Below, piece after piece: positions 35,907-49,554 of a stretch of 64,000 nucleotides of DNA. Every line of letters begins with the position of its first letter. The stretch's first letter is position 1. The DNA is from Cenococcum geophilum (taxonomy: Eukaryota). A program made the position numbers and the translations under genes. The stretch is from the NCBI GenBank assembly GCA_050273025.1, contig CP158635.1, positions 7,316,001 to 7,380,000 on the forward strand, given 5' to 3'. The notes below the pieces were generated by a model, which had not been told where the DNA came from, did not search any database, and saw only the letters and a list, made by a program, of their open reading frames with translations.

Positions 35907-38900
35907 ATGACATCTGAAATCATTGCCAATGGCAGTGCCTCTGCCTCTGAAGGCTTAACACCCGCACAAAAGTTGATGGAGAAGCACGCGGCGGACGAAG
36001 CGCATCGTCCCTCCGTAGAGGATGTTGTGGATGAAGAAGATATTGCTCACCCACCGCCTTCAGCGACCATACAACCCTTAGTACCTGACTCCGCCGCTTC
36101 CTCTATTCCGCCAACACCAATGGGTGAGAAGGCTGCTAGGAAGCAAAAGGCTCAGGATCCAGAAGCTATACCAGTCAAGAAATCCAATGTGAATGCCCCA
36201 TTGAATACTCAGTCGGAGGAATTGTTTCCTGCGTTGGGATCTGGACCGAAGCCGCGCGCTCCCGCCTCCGTCCCTCCTGCGTGGGGAAGGAAGCCTGCAT
36301 CTGTCACAACTAATGGGGTTAACGGAGCTGCAAACGGTCTTGCATCTAACAATGCATCTTCCCGAGCCTCGACGCTAGCCTCAGGAATGGTCACTCCAAG
36401 CTCGTATGCACCACCCACAGCTGGCCAGCGTGGTCCAAACCTTCAAACCTTGTCACTCCCCGGGAAGTATACCGAGCGTATTCAATTCGCCCCATCCCAA
36501 TTATTGCCACGGAATCAGTTGAAAAAGCCTGTAGGAGATGTTCTCCGCGATATTAATAGACGTTCCAAGGCAAATGTTGAATATAAGTCTGGTCCTGGGG
36601 GCAATATTATATTCGAAGGCCATGGCCCTGTAGATGCCGTCCGTCAAGCACTCAAAGAGGTGGCAAATGAATTGGGCTCCAAGGTAATCTGCACCCTACC
36701 GCCGGCTTAGTTGAGTTGCTAATGTTATGTAGCAATCTGTCAAGGTTCCGGTTCCTGCCTCCGTTCGAGCGCACATCATCGGTCGCCAAGGGTCAAAGAT
36801 TCAGGAAATTAGCAAGCGGACCGGCGCGCGTATACAAGTTCCGAAACAGGAGGATTCCGCAACTCCCGTTGACGATGACGATGGTGCGACTATCGACGTA
36901 TTGATAGAGGGCAATGCGGTCACGGCTGAAATGGCCCGCCAGGAAATTGAGAGTATCGTCAACGAACGTACCTCCACCGTTAACCTACGACTGAAAGACA
37001 TACCCGCCGAATTCTACCCCTTCCTTGCTGGTCCCCACAATTCCCAAATCAATTCACTTGAGGAAGGTCGCGATGTCAGGGTACAGATACCGCAATACTA
37101 TACTTGGAGTACACAAGCACCGCCACAGGCCTCCCGAGGCCAGCCGATACCATTCGTGCCACAGGCAAGCTTCCCAATCCAGATAGCAGGAGAACGAAAT
37201 GCTGCACGTGAAGCACAAGCCGAACTCGAGCGCCAAGTCGAACAGCTTCGTCGCCAATTAACCATCCATCAAGAGCCTATTGAGCGTGGTCGCCATCAAT
37301 TTATCGTTGGCGAACGGGGTGGATCGCTACACGACTTTTTAGAAGAAACCGGCTGCTCAGTCATCATGCCTCCTAACAACGATGAAAGCGAAACCATTTA
37401 TATTGTCGGTCCTTCGGACAAGATTCAAAACGGTATTGACAGGGTCATGGACTTAGCGTCTAGTATGCAAATGGCTACCGTTGATGTTGCACGGCAGCAC
37501 GGGGGTGCACAGGCCCATGCCCGGAATCTCTCGAGATATCTAAGGTATCGTCAAGTAATTGAAGAGCTGGAAAGTCAGCATGAAGCTAGCATTGTCTTAC
37601 CAACGCTAATGGATGGCCCGACTGCGTGGGAAATTTATGCGCGGAATGGAAAGAACACTATGAAGGCCCGTACCGACATTATGAATGTTATTAGTGGGCA
37701 TCCTCCGTCGAGGCTTGTCAACATGGCTGTCAACCCGTTCTATCACCAGTTCATTCAGGATCGAAATGCACAACATATTCGGGATGACATGGGCGTCCAA
37801 CTAGTCTTCCCAGATGAAAACGATGAATCTCCTGAAATACTTCTAGTTTACGAGGGACCAATTGCCCCTACCGATTATGTAATTCCTCGAGGTGCTCCAT
37901 CTACTGCTGATGTCCAGAACTACCAACGCGCTCTGAAGGAAGCTCAGCAATTTATTAAGGACCTTACCAGTGGTCAGCAAGAGATTGTATTCCGAGATGT
38001 TGAAGCACCTCCAAAATTCCACGATAAAATACGTCGCCATGTCGATCGACTACAGCAGGGTCTCCCTCGCGATGAAATTCCCGTGCAAGTATTATTTGGC
38101 GAACGAAGACCACAAGAAGCCCGGAGATGGTCGAACAACGGTATTGCAATGAGAGGCCCGGCAAACGCTATCGACGACCTTGTTGCGAAGGTCCTCACCT
38201 TTGTTGAACAGGAAGAGAAGGATGAGCTTGAGCGTGGTTACACTACTACCCTCGACTTCCCTCAAAAGTACGCCAACATTCTCATTGGTAAGCGCGGTGA
38301 GAATATCAGGAAACTCCGCGAAGAATTTGACGTAGACATTCAAGTCTACGATGGCAAGGTTGAGCTCAAGGGCCCTGAGGCAAAAGCTAATGCCGCCAAG
38401 GCCCACATCATTGCTATGGCAAAGAGACTGGAGGATGAGGCGACTCACGTCTTAAAAATCAAACCACAATATCACCGTGACCTTATCGGTGCGAAGGGAA
38501 ACCAAGTCAACCGCTTGCAAGAACGATACAGTGTTCGCGTCAATTTCCCTCGCTCTGCCTCTGCGAACGATGAAGATGCCACAACCGAGGGTGCGGGATC
38601 TCAAAAGAACTACCGTACCCAGGCTCCTGATGAGGTTGTCATTCGCGGCCCCAAGCGAGGCGCTGATGAAGCTCGTGAAGAGCTGTTGAACTTGCTGCAA
38701 TGGACTGTCGATAACTCTTACACGGACACCGTATCTGTCGCTCAGAGCCAGGTCCCATCGCTCATTGGCTCTGGTGGTAGAGAGATGGAAAATCTCCGTC
38801 TTACTACAGGCGCTCAAATCGATGTCCCTGGTGTGCGAGACGCTGTAGATCCATCTGGCCGCGCAGAGATCAAACTTAAGGGTACTAAGAAGCAGGTTGA

Positions 38901-40086
38901 AGATGCAAAGAAACTACTCCAAGAACGTGCAAAAATTTTTGACGATACTGTGACCAAGACCATCGAGGTGGACAAGAAACACCATAGAGCCCTCATCGGC
39001 GGCAACGGTAGCTATTCCAGCCCTTGTACTCAGCTGTCCTACTACTGACCACAGAACGTAGGCGCAAACATCCGCAACATCGTCGTCGCTGCTGGGGGCC
39101 CCCATAGCCCTCGCGATCTCGCCCGGATGGTGCGCTTCCCACGCCCCGAATCTGACGATTCCGCCATTCGTATTGAAGGCCCCAAAGCCGTCGTCGAGAA
39201 TATCGCCGCGGCAATTCAATCCCAGGCCTCAACTCTTGACAACCAAATCATGGAAATCATTGATGTCTCGCCTGACAAACATCGCCTACTCATTGGCCGC
39301 GGTGGGGAGACTCGCCGAAACCTTGAATCTCAGTTCAACATTCAACTCGATGTACCAAAGCAAAGCACAACTGGTGCTGCACGGAACCAGGTTAAGATTA
39401 AGGGTGAGCCGGCAGCCGTGGAAACGGCTAAGGATCACATCCTCGCCCTTGTTAAGGGCCAAGAAGGCGAAACCGTCCATCTTCCCAAACACCTTCATCA
39501 CATCATTGCAGACAACGGCCAATTCTTCCGACGTCTACGTAATGAACATAAAGTCACCGTCGACCATGGAGGACAGCAGCCGCCAGCACGTCCAGCGCAA
39601 GCTGCAACAGAGGCAGGCAAAGCACGAAAGAGCGCTAATGGAACGTCGTTGCCTCTCATCACCGATGATGATACCAGCACTGGAGCAGAGGAGAACTACT
39701 CTTGGGAAATCGTGGACAACAATCCGGTGGACCCATCCGCTGATACGTCGGAAACCATTCCCTGGATCCTGCGCGGGTCCTCTGACTCTCTTGCCCGCGC
39801 CCGTGCGGCCCTCGAATCTGCTATCGAGGCTGCATCTAAGCCATCTGTAACGGGCTACCTAATCCTGCCTGATCCGCGCGCGTACAGATTGGTTGTGGGA
39901 CCTGGCGGCAGCACCATCAACAACATCCGGAAGAAGACAGACACAAAGGTGCAGGTGCCACGGGACCAGGCAAAGGGTGAGGCAATTGAGATTACGGGAA
40001 CGAAGGAAGGCGTTGAGGAGGCGAGAGAGTTAATTCTAGAAATAGTTAGCAGAGGTGGAAGCGGCGGCGGCGCAAGGAGAGGTTGA
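35907..40086 (+). CDS. SCP160: Vigilin / Scp160-like multi-KH-domain RNA-binding protein (3 exons: 35907-36683, 36733-39007, 39062-40086)
   Basis: Many KH GxxG loops (HIIGRQGSKI, LIGKRGENI, LIGAKGNQV, LIGSGGREM, LIGRGGETR, VVGPGGSTI); N-terminal SEELFPALG motif; canonical GT-AG introns. Confidence 0.92.
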
Positions 40087-40439
40087 AAAATTGAAGCATT
40101 TGCGTATTCCTAAAAGGGGCGGAGACACAAGACGTGGGGCTATTAGGTGCAGGTGAAGCTTATAGGCTGGTGGACTATGTGTGTTGAATCTTTTCTTAAA
40201 TCTTTCATTTCTTAGTTTCCACCTCCATACGGGAAAGGGTGCTTGCTTAACTTAACCCACCCATATTATTAACTTTGACAAGACCCAGAGGAAGGGGTGG
40301 GTGAGGGATTGAGTGGCTAGCGAGATTTGCAAATTTTGTAGTTTGCTATACGTGTGTCGTGAGGAGATGTGAGGAGTTCATTCTCAAGAGTCCATCGAAA
40401 AAAAAACCAATCTCTACTCCATCCAACTCTCTCACCGCC

Positions 40440-41000
40440 TACCATTAAACGTCCCCGAAACCTCATCGTAACAAACTGCCTCATCCATTCCAGCACGCCT
40501 AGCCCGCTCAATACCACCGTCCTGTCCCAACCCTGCCCCCCGCTCTCAAACCGCCTAATCTCAAAAACACCCCGCTTGCTCCAGCTCGCGGAATCATGCA
40601 CGAATCGCGCAAAGTAAGTCCCCGGTCGCGCCGTCTAGTAGCTTGGGATGATACCGGTCCGACCTCTCCAGCACGCCGACGGCAGCGTTAGCGAGAGCTC
40701 GAAGTCGTTCGCGGTCGCCTTAGAGCGACACCTGACGGTTTCCCATACCATGTCGGCGCCATCGGTGTTGTCTGGGTCGCCGGAGGTCAGGCGGATCTCG
40801 GTCGACATCAGTGACATGTCGCAGGTCCCCGGGACAGAGCCTGAGGTGGAGTTGCCGTCGTGCATTGTCATCGTGTGCTTGTTGTGTGCGAATACGGGGG
40901 TTGAGAAGGTGAAGAGAGGGGGTGAGGGAGGCGGAGAGTATTTGGGCTTTGTTGCGAGTGGCGCCGAGCATCATGACGGTCTATTCTTTGCTGAATCCAT
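40440..41000 (-). pseudogene. Probable pseudogene of a small fungal hypothetical protein
   Basis: ORFs 40635-40871 and 40317-40601 are in the same frame, separated by one TAG. The joined product reads protein-like (IRLTSGDP...MVWE...KRGVFEI...WDRTVVLSGLGVLE); the 5' part appears frameshifted. Confidence 0.4.
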
Positions 41001-41520
41001 AGCTGGAGAGTGATTGGGTGTTATAGATTTAAAAGCAATTTTGAATATGCTAATTTGACGTTGATAACGCAAGGTTACCATACCTCGACGCTATGTTATT
41101 TACCGTGTTGTTGGGATATCTAGTGCTAATCGCAGGCCCTAGAAGTCGTCTTGGCTTATCATTGAGGAGTGAATGCATCGTGTCTCGGCCTTGAGGTTGT
41201 TGCTCCCCACCACATCCGCAGTTTCACAAGGGACCCTAAAACTTCGGCCCCGCCGGCCACCTATACCTAGTATACTGTGCATTATCTAATTTCACATCCT
41301 TGCTTGCAACGGGGTAGTGGAATAGAAATCTTTAAGCACCTGGGTATGCTATCGGCAACATGTTCAAATGTAACTGCCACAAATCTTGTATTGAAACACC
41401 GGCCACGGTTTGTATTGAAATATTTCTAGTATTCATTTTACTACGGCCACAGTAGTTATGGTATCTTGGAGGAAACATAACCTCGATATTTGGATATGTC
41501 TTTATAATAGTGATGGGGAC

Positions 41521-43290
41521 TTATTGCGCGTTCAAGGGTTTCTGAGCCCAGACGACATGGCTATCATGGAAGAAAAAATAACGTTAGCCCAGAATTTTTG
41601 CACAGAGTGATCCAAAGAATAGTTTGAGACTTACAAGTTGTGCTGAGCTTGTAGCCTAGGGTTCTTCAGGTCCTTTCGTATATCCACAAGGAAGACTTGT
41701 ACCTCCTCGCTAGACCAGCCCCGTGCGGTGGTGAAGACACGTAGAGTCATACCCTCAAGGCCATCAAGGAATTGGATTAGGTCGAAGGCACCAATTTCTT
41801 TCTAAGCCGGAGGTGGTCAGTGCGAGTTAGATGCTTGCTGTACGCCCATTCGGGGGCAATCAAAATGTAATAGGGAAAAGAAAGGTTGCTAATACCAGGT
41901 TTTTATCCTTCGGCCATTGGCCAACAGGAATAGGCAGCAGTCGATGATGAACATTCTCAAACCCGGCATTCTTAACCCATCCTTCAAGTTTGGGCCCAGG
42001 TTCAGGTTCGAGTTTAAACTTCTTTATGCCTTCAATGATTGCGTCAGTCCATTTGTCCAGAGGGCAGCCAGGGGTGAATTCGCCGTTGGTGGTGTAGAAT
42101 TTCATATCAAAGTCCTGGAACTCGACCCAGCCTCCCGGCTTGGTAAACCTTTTTAGAAGTAAAATGTAAGCTAGAGAGTAAGAAACAAGGTTTTTCGGAT
42201 TTCCAATGGGAGAAGAAGAGCAATGAGTGACGATTAAGGGGTGCGGGTGACCGTTAAGATGAAATTTGGCATACTTAAACGCTTGGCTCATTAATTTCGG
42301 CCAATCTTTGATAGAGCCAGCAAGATAGCGGCAGTGGACGAAGTCGAATTTCGACCCGTAGACCCACTCGTTCTCGATATCATCTACCTCAAACTTGACA
42401 TTTGGAGGAACCCTGCCTAAACCTCAGCTTATGCTTGCTGAAATGGCTTTTGGGGCGGACATGAGGTACAAGGAAGGTTGTATTGGACTGAGGTCGTTGC
42501 CTAGAATCTGGTGGAAGATGTGTTAGTGGTAAAGTATAGCTGAAGAGTAATTGAGGCTATCTGTATTGTGACGACCAACTTACATCGGCAGAGGGATATT
42601 TGTCCCCTAGTTCGAGCTATTAGCTTCATAGCACTTCCAAAAGGCACAAGGGCTGCAAAAATCACCCATATCGATAGCCCATATTCCCGTTCCAGTGCCG
42701 AGATCTAAAATGCGTTGTGGGTTTTCTCCAATTGGGGCCAGGTGTAATTCGCCACCACAGCGAAGAGTCATGATATGATGGAAAAGGTCAAGACGATCAT
42801 TCTCGTCCTAGGTCCGGGTCAATGCAATATTCGTATCAGAAGGGTTCCTTGGTGGGATGGCAGATACACACCTCGTCGTTGGGCAGGAAATAGGCTGCGA
42901 TTAAAACCGTATTAGAGCACTGTCTGTGGTCCAATGAAAAGAAACTTACATCCGTCCTTGTACGCGTGATAACGCCTTCCATTTTCATAGCGATATTTTG
43001 TAATGCTCGACTTCAGAGATGTTGTGTAACTCTCTCTATGGAGTAAGGGTTAATGTCAGAACGATGTCGTCTTTTGATGGACGAACCACTTACGCATCGT
43101 CTCCAAATGACGAATCTGTGTCGCTTGGGGCTCCCTGGATGGTTATTTATGGTCAGTATGGACGGCTCAGAGTGAATTGCCAAAGATGTTGCACCTCCTC
43201 GGCCTCAATTTGCAAGTTATCAGCCTCGCTTTGGTCATTCTGGGCAGCACTAGGCAATGTTGGGGCTTCGACATTGGCGGAGGAGGCCAT
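41521..43290 (-). CDS. SAM-dependent methyltransferase, LaeA-like/TAM family, multi-exon
   Basis: ENGRRYHAYKDG, DRLDLFHH, RILDLGTGTGIWAIDM, FDFVHCRYLAGSIKDWPKL, KPGGWVEFQD, PVGQWPKDK, terminal HVVWAQKP; several short GT-AG introns. Confidence 0.9.
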
Positions 43291-43640
43291 GGATATGATT
43301 AGGATTGCTTTTTGCTTGGGCGCTCTGGAATAAATGGCTTCGGGGGTTTACGACGGAAATGAGGGAAGGAATAGAAGGTCTTTTATGACATGTCAATCCA
43401 ACATCGGCCCGGGACCGCCATAGTGGCCAACCAGAGGAATTCAGCCCACGGCAAACTCCTGAGAAGTATGGAATGTGTAGTGTGCTGGGGTTGTTGCTGT
43501 GCGGCGTAAAATCAGGAGCTTGAAGTCGAAGCAGATTTCTCCCCCCACGACCTCGCTTGGAAAAAGATTACACACAGCCCGCCAATCCTCACACCCGGGG
43601 CATCTTCCGCGCACTGCGGCGCGACATCCACCCCATTTTA

Positions 43641-45127
43641 CAGTCGCTCCGCAAAAAGCCTCCGGCGTCCGTGCTCCACCACCAATGACACACATGCGTA
43701 TCGCCTTTTTACCCACTACACCACCATGCCTGCAAGCTCTGTATTAGGCTCAATAAGTGGTAATATTCCTCGTAAGAAGGAATTAACCCTTTTTTACAAA
43801 CGCGGTATTGTTAGGAAGGCTTCTGCCAATACTGGGCCTACCCAAAGAGGAGCTTTCCATACCGCGTTCAACGGTTCACGAGACCCTCTACCACGATGGC
43901 ACGTCAGCTCCTCATTCTGGTGCACCAAAAAAGTTATTAAAGGATGACAAACATTGTATTTCACGCGCAGTTCGAAAGGAGCCACGGATCACGTATGCGC
44001 GGCTCATCCGCGAGCTCACCCTTGCCGTCTCGCACGACACCATCTTCCGACTACTCAAGGACCACCACATAATCAATTAGCGTGCAAAATAGCGTCCTTT
44101 GCTTACAGAGGCGTCTGCCAAAGTCCATTATAAATAAGCCCTCAAACATTTCAAGTAGTTGCGTCAAAAATGGAAGAGAGTTACAATAGAGTAACAAGCG
44201 TTCGGTTATCCCTTCCCGCGCTGGCGTCCACAGATTGGCGCCAAGCCTAAGTATGAATATTAGCATCAACGCCAAGCTCTTAGGCGAGCGAGAGCCTATG
44301 ATTGGCCAAACCCTTATCGATATGCGTGGACGCAAACCAGCGTGGGATGGGATAAAGAAATAATACATACACATAAAACGGGCAAAGCTATATCTATTAT
44401 AGTTTAGGTAAGCTTTTTTAGGGCGTTGGGCCCGGGCGGATTAGATAGAGACGAAGATATGTTAAGGAAGGGCTACTCCGCCGTCTCTTATCTTCTTATT
44501 TTAGATAATCAGTCTATAAACCGGGCCTCCTTTTTATATAGGACAACGCCCCAATTTACAAGGCCTATATTATAAGGAATTGGTTCAAAGAGCACGTGGT
44601 AGAAGTAATCAATTGGCCTCTATACCTAACCAATTTAGATCCTATTAAATACGCTTAGTAGGAGCTTAAAAAACTACTCTATAAACTCTATCCACCTCAT
44701 AACTATAGCTAGTAGTAAAGAATATACCCGCAAGGAGCTAGGCAAGGCGTTAGAGATATACTAGAGCTTAATTAAGGACAAATATTTTAGTAAGTTGGTA
44801 TTGTCAGGTGACGAAGTCACCTCGCCTATATTGTTGTTCCGCACAGCCGTGCCTGGCAGGCACTCGCTTACCTTTTGTTGAGGTTTGTGCTGTGGCTGGG
44901 TAGTGCGGAGCCTATCACCTCAAGGTATAAGACAGTAATTAAAGCAAAGGGTAGTATACTAAATACTAAACACAAAAAAACTTTAGGATAGATAGATATG
45001 GATGTATTTAAGCCCTTCATATAATGTTACAAGATTCCTACCAAATTTGGTGGTGAAATCAAGGGTGTTGTGAGGGGGAGATAATTTTTAGTGGTGTGCC
45101 GCGCCGGAGACTTTTGCGTTAGTACTG
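43641..45127 (+). mobile_element. Degraded Tc1/mariner DNA transposon
   Basis: Left end TA|CAGTCGCTCCGCAAAAAGCCTCCGGCG; degenerate right TIR CGCCGGAGACTTTTGCGTTAGTACTG. Remnants of Tc3-type HTH (GAPKKL...AVRKEPRITY), *DNAPIYKA, WPLYLTNLDPIK and VIKAKG*YTKY*. Confidence 0.8.
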
Positions 45128-45464
45128 GATGCGCCGAGACCGCGTACGCTCGAAACGGGCAGCTGCCGCCGCCGCTCATGCAGCAGCCATCCAGCGGGGA
45201 TGCTGGTTCCGCTTCCCCACAGGAATGACACGAGCTCTTAGATGCGGTCGCCAAGCGCGCTCACAGGTAATGAAAAGCATGCGACTACTCAAGAAGACGG
45301 CCCATGTTTTAGCGCGCAATTGCTAGTATCAGTGGATGTGGGTAGATACTGGATACCTTGTCTTGCGACCTCAACGGTCACCCCGACTCCCTTAACCATC
45401 GCCCATCGCGTGCGTCGTATGCGCTGATTTGAATCCCACAAATCCTTTCTATCTGCCTGCAGCC

Positions 45465-47337
45465 ATGCTGGATTATTGGCTTCCGGGTCTCGTGGCACTT
45501 GGGGTGGGGCTGGCCGCAGCTGGCTTCTATCGAATCTACTTGCATCCTCTTGCGAAATTCCCAGGACCCAAGCTGGCGGCGCTCTCACACTGGTACGAGG
45601 CTTACTATGACGTCCTCAAGAAGGGGAAGTACACCTTCGAGATTGGGCGTATGCACCAGAAATACGGTAAGCACAACATCTCACTTCTTCCGTTTGGAGG
45701 GGGCTGCTCCTTTCTGTGGTCGAGAATCCGCGTTTCACAACCTGTAAACCACGATACCTTTCCCATCAGGCTGTCACCGCCGGTCATTGGACATGCCCCT
45801 CTGACCTTGTTTTCATCGTGCAGGCCCGATTGTGCGAATTGGACCTAATGAATTGCACATTCTCGACTCGGGGTACTACAATTCTCTCTACAACATGGCC
45901 AACCGCCTCGACAAGTATGGGTGGTTTTACTCCATGATGGGTAATCCCATGGCAGCCTTTGCAACAATCAGCGCCGACGTGCATCGAGTCCGCCGTAGCG
46001 CCCTTGGCCCATTCTTCTCAACCCAGGCTGTGGCCAAGTTCTATCCACACATGCAACCAATCATCGACCGTCTGATAGCCCGGATGGAGCTATGTGCAGA
46101 GCGCGACGAGGAAATCCCACTCTTCTACGCCTATCGTTGCCTGACCGTCGACATCATCTCTGAGTATGTCTTTGCTCACCAAATGGGCTTGTTAGACCGT
46201 GCGGACTGGGGTCGGTACTTTTATTCTGCATGGCGAAGCTTGTGGGAGCTGTCTCCAACAATTCGCCAATTTCCGTTTATGATGGACGCCATCATGTCGA
46301 TGCCAAGGTGGATAACCAAGCTAATTAATCCGCGAGCGCTCGAGGTTGTAGACATGTTTTCCGACATTGATCACCAGACCAAGGTTCTTCTTGATTCAGA
46401 TCCAGAGACTATCAAGGCCCAACCACACCCAACTGTAATCTGGGAATTATCAAAGAGCGATGCGCTACCACCAAGTGAGAAGACATTCAAGCGGCTTGCT
46501 GTTGAAGCCAATGGACTGGTGGCGGCTGGATTCGAAACTACTGGTGCTACACTAACGCTCATGACCTATCTTGTGCTGTCGCATCCGCAGGTACACCAGA
46601 AGCTACTCAAGGAGCTTGAAGAAGCAATTCCGGATCCCAGTAAAATTCCCGGAGCGTTGGTCTTAGAGAAACTGCCGTACTTTTTTGCAGTCGTCAAGGA
46701 GAGCCTTCGGTATGTTTGTTCAAACTACTAATACGGGAGGAAAAGCTTCCATCTACCCAGCTAAAAACTTGGCATGCTGACAGCTAGCCACATAGTGTTT
46801 CAGTAGGCGCTTACTCCCGGCTCTCACGCGTCAACCGGTACGAGTCAATGCAGTACAAGCAGTGGACCATCCCTGCCGGGGTAAGGAATGATTTCCGCCT
46901 CAGTTCCCTCCACCTCTGCAAACCCATGTCCAGTCTCACCCCACCTATGTCCAATCTAACCTTTCTCATACTAGACTGCCGTTGGCATGTCGGGCCTTTT
47001 CGTCGCTCATGATCCAGAAATCTTCCCGAACCCACTGTCTTTCATTCCAGAGCGATGGCTTGAAGCGGACGGCAGCATCGGCCCCACTGCCAACAAGCTC
47101 GAGCACTATTTGTTGGCATTTGGGAAAGGCTCGCGCTCCTGCGTCGGTATCAATCTTGCCTATGCGGAGCTGTACTCCGTCCTTTCGACTGTATTGAGGC
47201 GATTCGGCAGGAGAATCGAATTATACAAGACCACGGAAAGAGATCTTGAGGCCGTGCATGACTACTTTGCCGGGATGACTCGGCGGCCAGACGGGATAGA
47301 AGGGAATGGGCTGAGAGTCAAGGTCCGGAGGGAATAG
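45465..47337 (+). CDS. Cytochrome P450 (4 exons: about 45465-45666, 45824-46709, 46796-46880, 46975-47337)
   Basis: [29 protein letters not shown] (I-helix), KESLR (ExxR), [16 protein letters not shown] heme motif. Confidence 0.95.
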
Positions 47338-47895
47338 AGGCAGATTTGGCTTTTACATTACACTGGTTTGTATAGCAGCATTAATTGCTACTGTGTTCGA
47401 TATCGCATCGAGTCCTAACTTAGGCTGTACAAATTGCAATTCCTTTTTTAACTCTCGTACTATTTGTTGTATGCTTAGGAGGTCGTGTTTAAGTCCTAGC
47501 TATTTTAGGCAGAGATCTCACTGGAACAGCTTGTTGGTAACCAACCCATTTGGACTGAAAAGAAAAGAATGTTTAAAGGGTTGTACTTATCTACTTAGCT
47601 CTCATTTTATAGAATTTTCTTAGAATTTTCTTAGAATTTTCTAGTACTTCAGTTAACCCTGGAAATTATCTTTTCAGCCTCTCGGTAGAGTGTGCTCTCG
47701 AGAAACAAGTGATTGGCTAGAATATCTTGAGAAACTCTTCTAGTGTCGAATATCAGAGCTGATGAAATAATTATAATATCTTGAAGCAGGCCAAAAGCCT
47801 AGCACAAACATACGCAATAGCTACGTGTTTATTGGGATGAGGGAATACTAGTGCGCAAAAATACAGTGATTGAGCGACGTCACTATAAATACACA

Positions 47896-48699
47896 CTAAA
47901 TAGGAGACAAGAAACCAATTGATAAAGATAGATATCCTGTGAGGCTGTTCCAACGGCGCTTCTTGACGTAAGATCCCCCTGCAAACCACTCCAACTGGTA
48001 ACGAGCCCTGTTACGATCCGACAGTGCTTCGAACCATGCTGAACAGTGGCTCTCTTGACAGCCACACCCATCCAAATCCAAGAGTGCTGTCCAAGCCCTT
48101 TTTTCCTCCAACCCCGCTTTCTCGGTATTTTCCAGCAGTCGGCGAGCAAGTCCTCGTATTTGCCCTATGGTGATTCCATACCTGTCAGGGCGCTTCGAAA
48201 GGGTGGCAGCAAAACGCCCGAAGCAGCCACGATGTGAGAAGTGAGAGACCGGTAGTTGGCAACAGAGCATATTCTGCAAGTTCCCGGCTGGGCGGTTCGC
48301 CGGCTCCTCAAAAGCGTCCTCCATGGACAGGTACAAGGGCTTGTCCCACGGCCAATTTGGATTCACGGTCGGGACAGCAAGAACGCCGTGCAGAAAGGGG
48401 TGCCACTGTTTGCCTCCGATCGGCTTAGCATGATAGTAGTAGCGGCCGCGCTGAGCACGCCTGTCACGGCGGTTGGCTTTGGCATATTCGAGGATGTTGG
48501 TGAGATGGTGTGGGGCGAGGAATATCCGAGCTCTGACTATTTTAGAGGTGTTGACGATGTCTTTTCATTGGTGATAGATATGCTGAGCGTTGAGAATGTC
48601 ACTGTACGGAAGGTGTTGCAGGAAATTCTCGACTATCTCAACTATACAGCCAACACGCTCTGAAGCGCTTTCGGGCTCGGTGCTGGAATTGGAGGACAT
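47896..48699 (-). pseudogene. F-box-like protein gene with one in-frame nonsense codon
   Basis: From ATG 48699: ...IVEIVENFLQHLPYSDILNAQHIYHQ*KDIVNTSKIVRARIFL; TGA at 48567-48565 sits at the usual F-box Trp; the frame then stays open to 47896. Confidence 0.6.
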
Positions 48700-49554
48700 G
48701 GTATTTAGCTACTCCTGGATAGCTTCGAAAAGAGTTTGAATCGAGCTGGGCAAGAGCGTCTAGCTTGAAGATCTCTAATGTTTCGGATGAACTGTGAGTA
48801 ATGATTATCGAATGAACAGACGCTTGGCAGTATGAAGAAGACTGTTAAGGGAGGTAGACTCAAATAAATCATAATTTTCACCAGTAGTGCATACCCTCAG
48901 AAGTCCCATAGAAGTTGGAAAAGGGGCTGAACTAGATTGCAATAGCCTGCTCAAGAAGACTAGGGGCAGAGAATGATTGACATACTTATTTTAGTTCTTG
49001 AGATGGAAAGGACAATCCCAAAGCGGAAGTGAAATGGTGAAACGAGTGCCATAATAACTGCTTCCACTAAATGTGGTAGGGTTAATGTAGAATGGTATCA
49101 AATGTGCACTGGCTGCACCTCAACTTGTCGAGGGAAATAAAATAAGTGATTGAAAAGAGAGACAATTAGCTTGTCTCACTGGGAATAGCCCAAACGGCTT
49201 TACGTCCCAGACATGCACCAGCCAACAAGGGGTATAATGTACAACAAAATGATCCTGAGTCAAAGAAAGAACCACTAAAAATCACTGCTCATTCGTCCAA
49301 AGTTCCAATTACAATAACATGTAGTAGAAGAGCCTTCGCAAAGGTGAGAGGTGAAGTTGAAGGTTCATGCACCAAGACAGAACCGCTTCAGCAAAAACTA
49401 CCGCTCGTAGGCCAAAAGTGAGAGCAGTATTCCCTCCAAGTACCTCTGCATCACACAACCATCTTCATACACTCAATATACAGCGTTGTTGCAATAAATA
49501 TTGGAGCATACCAATCTGATTAGAATATATTCCATCTTATAGGTACTGTGCACC

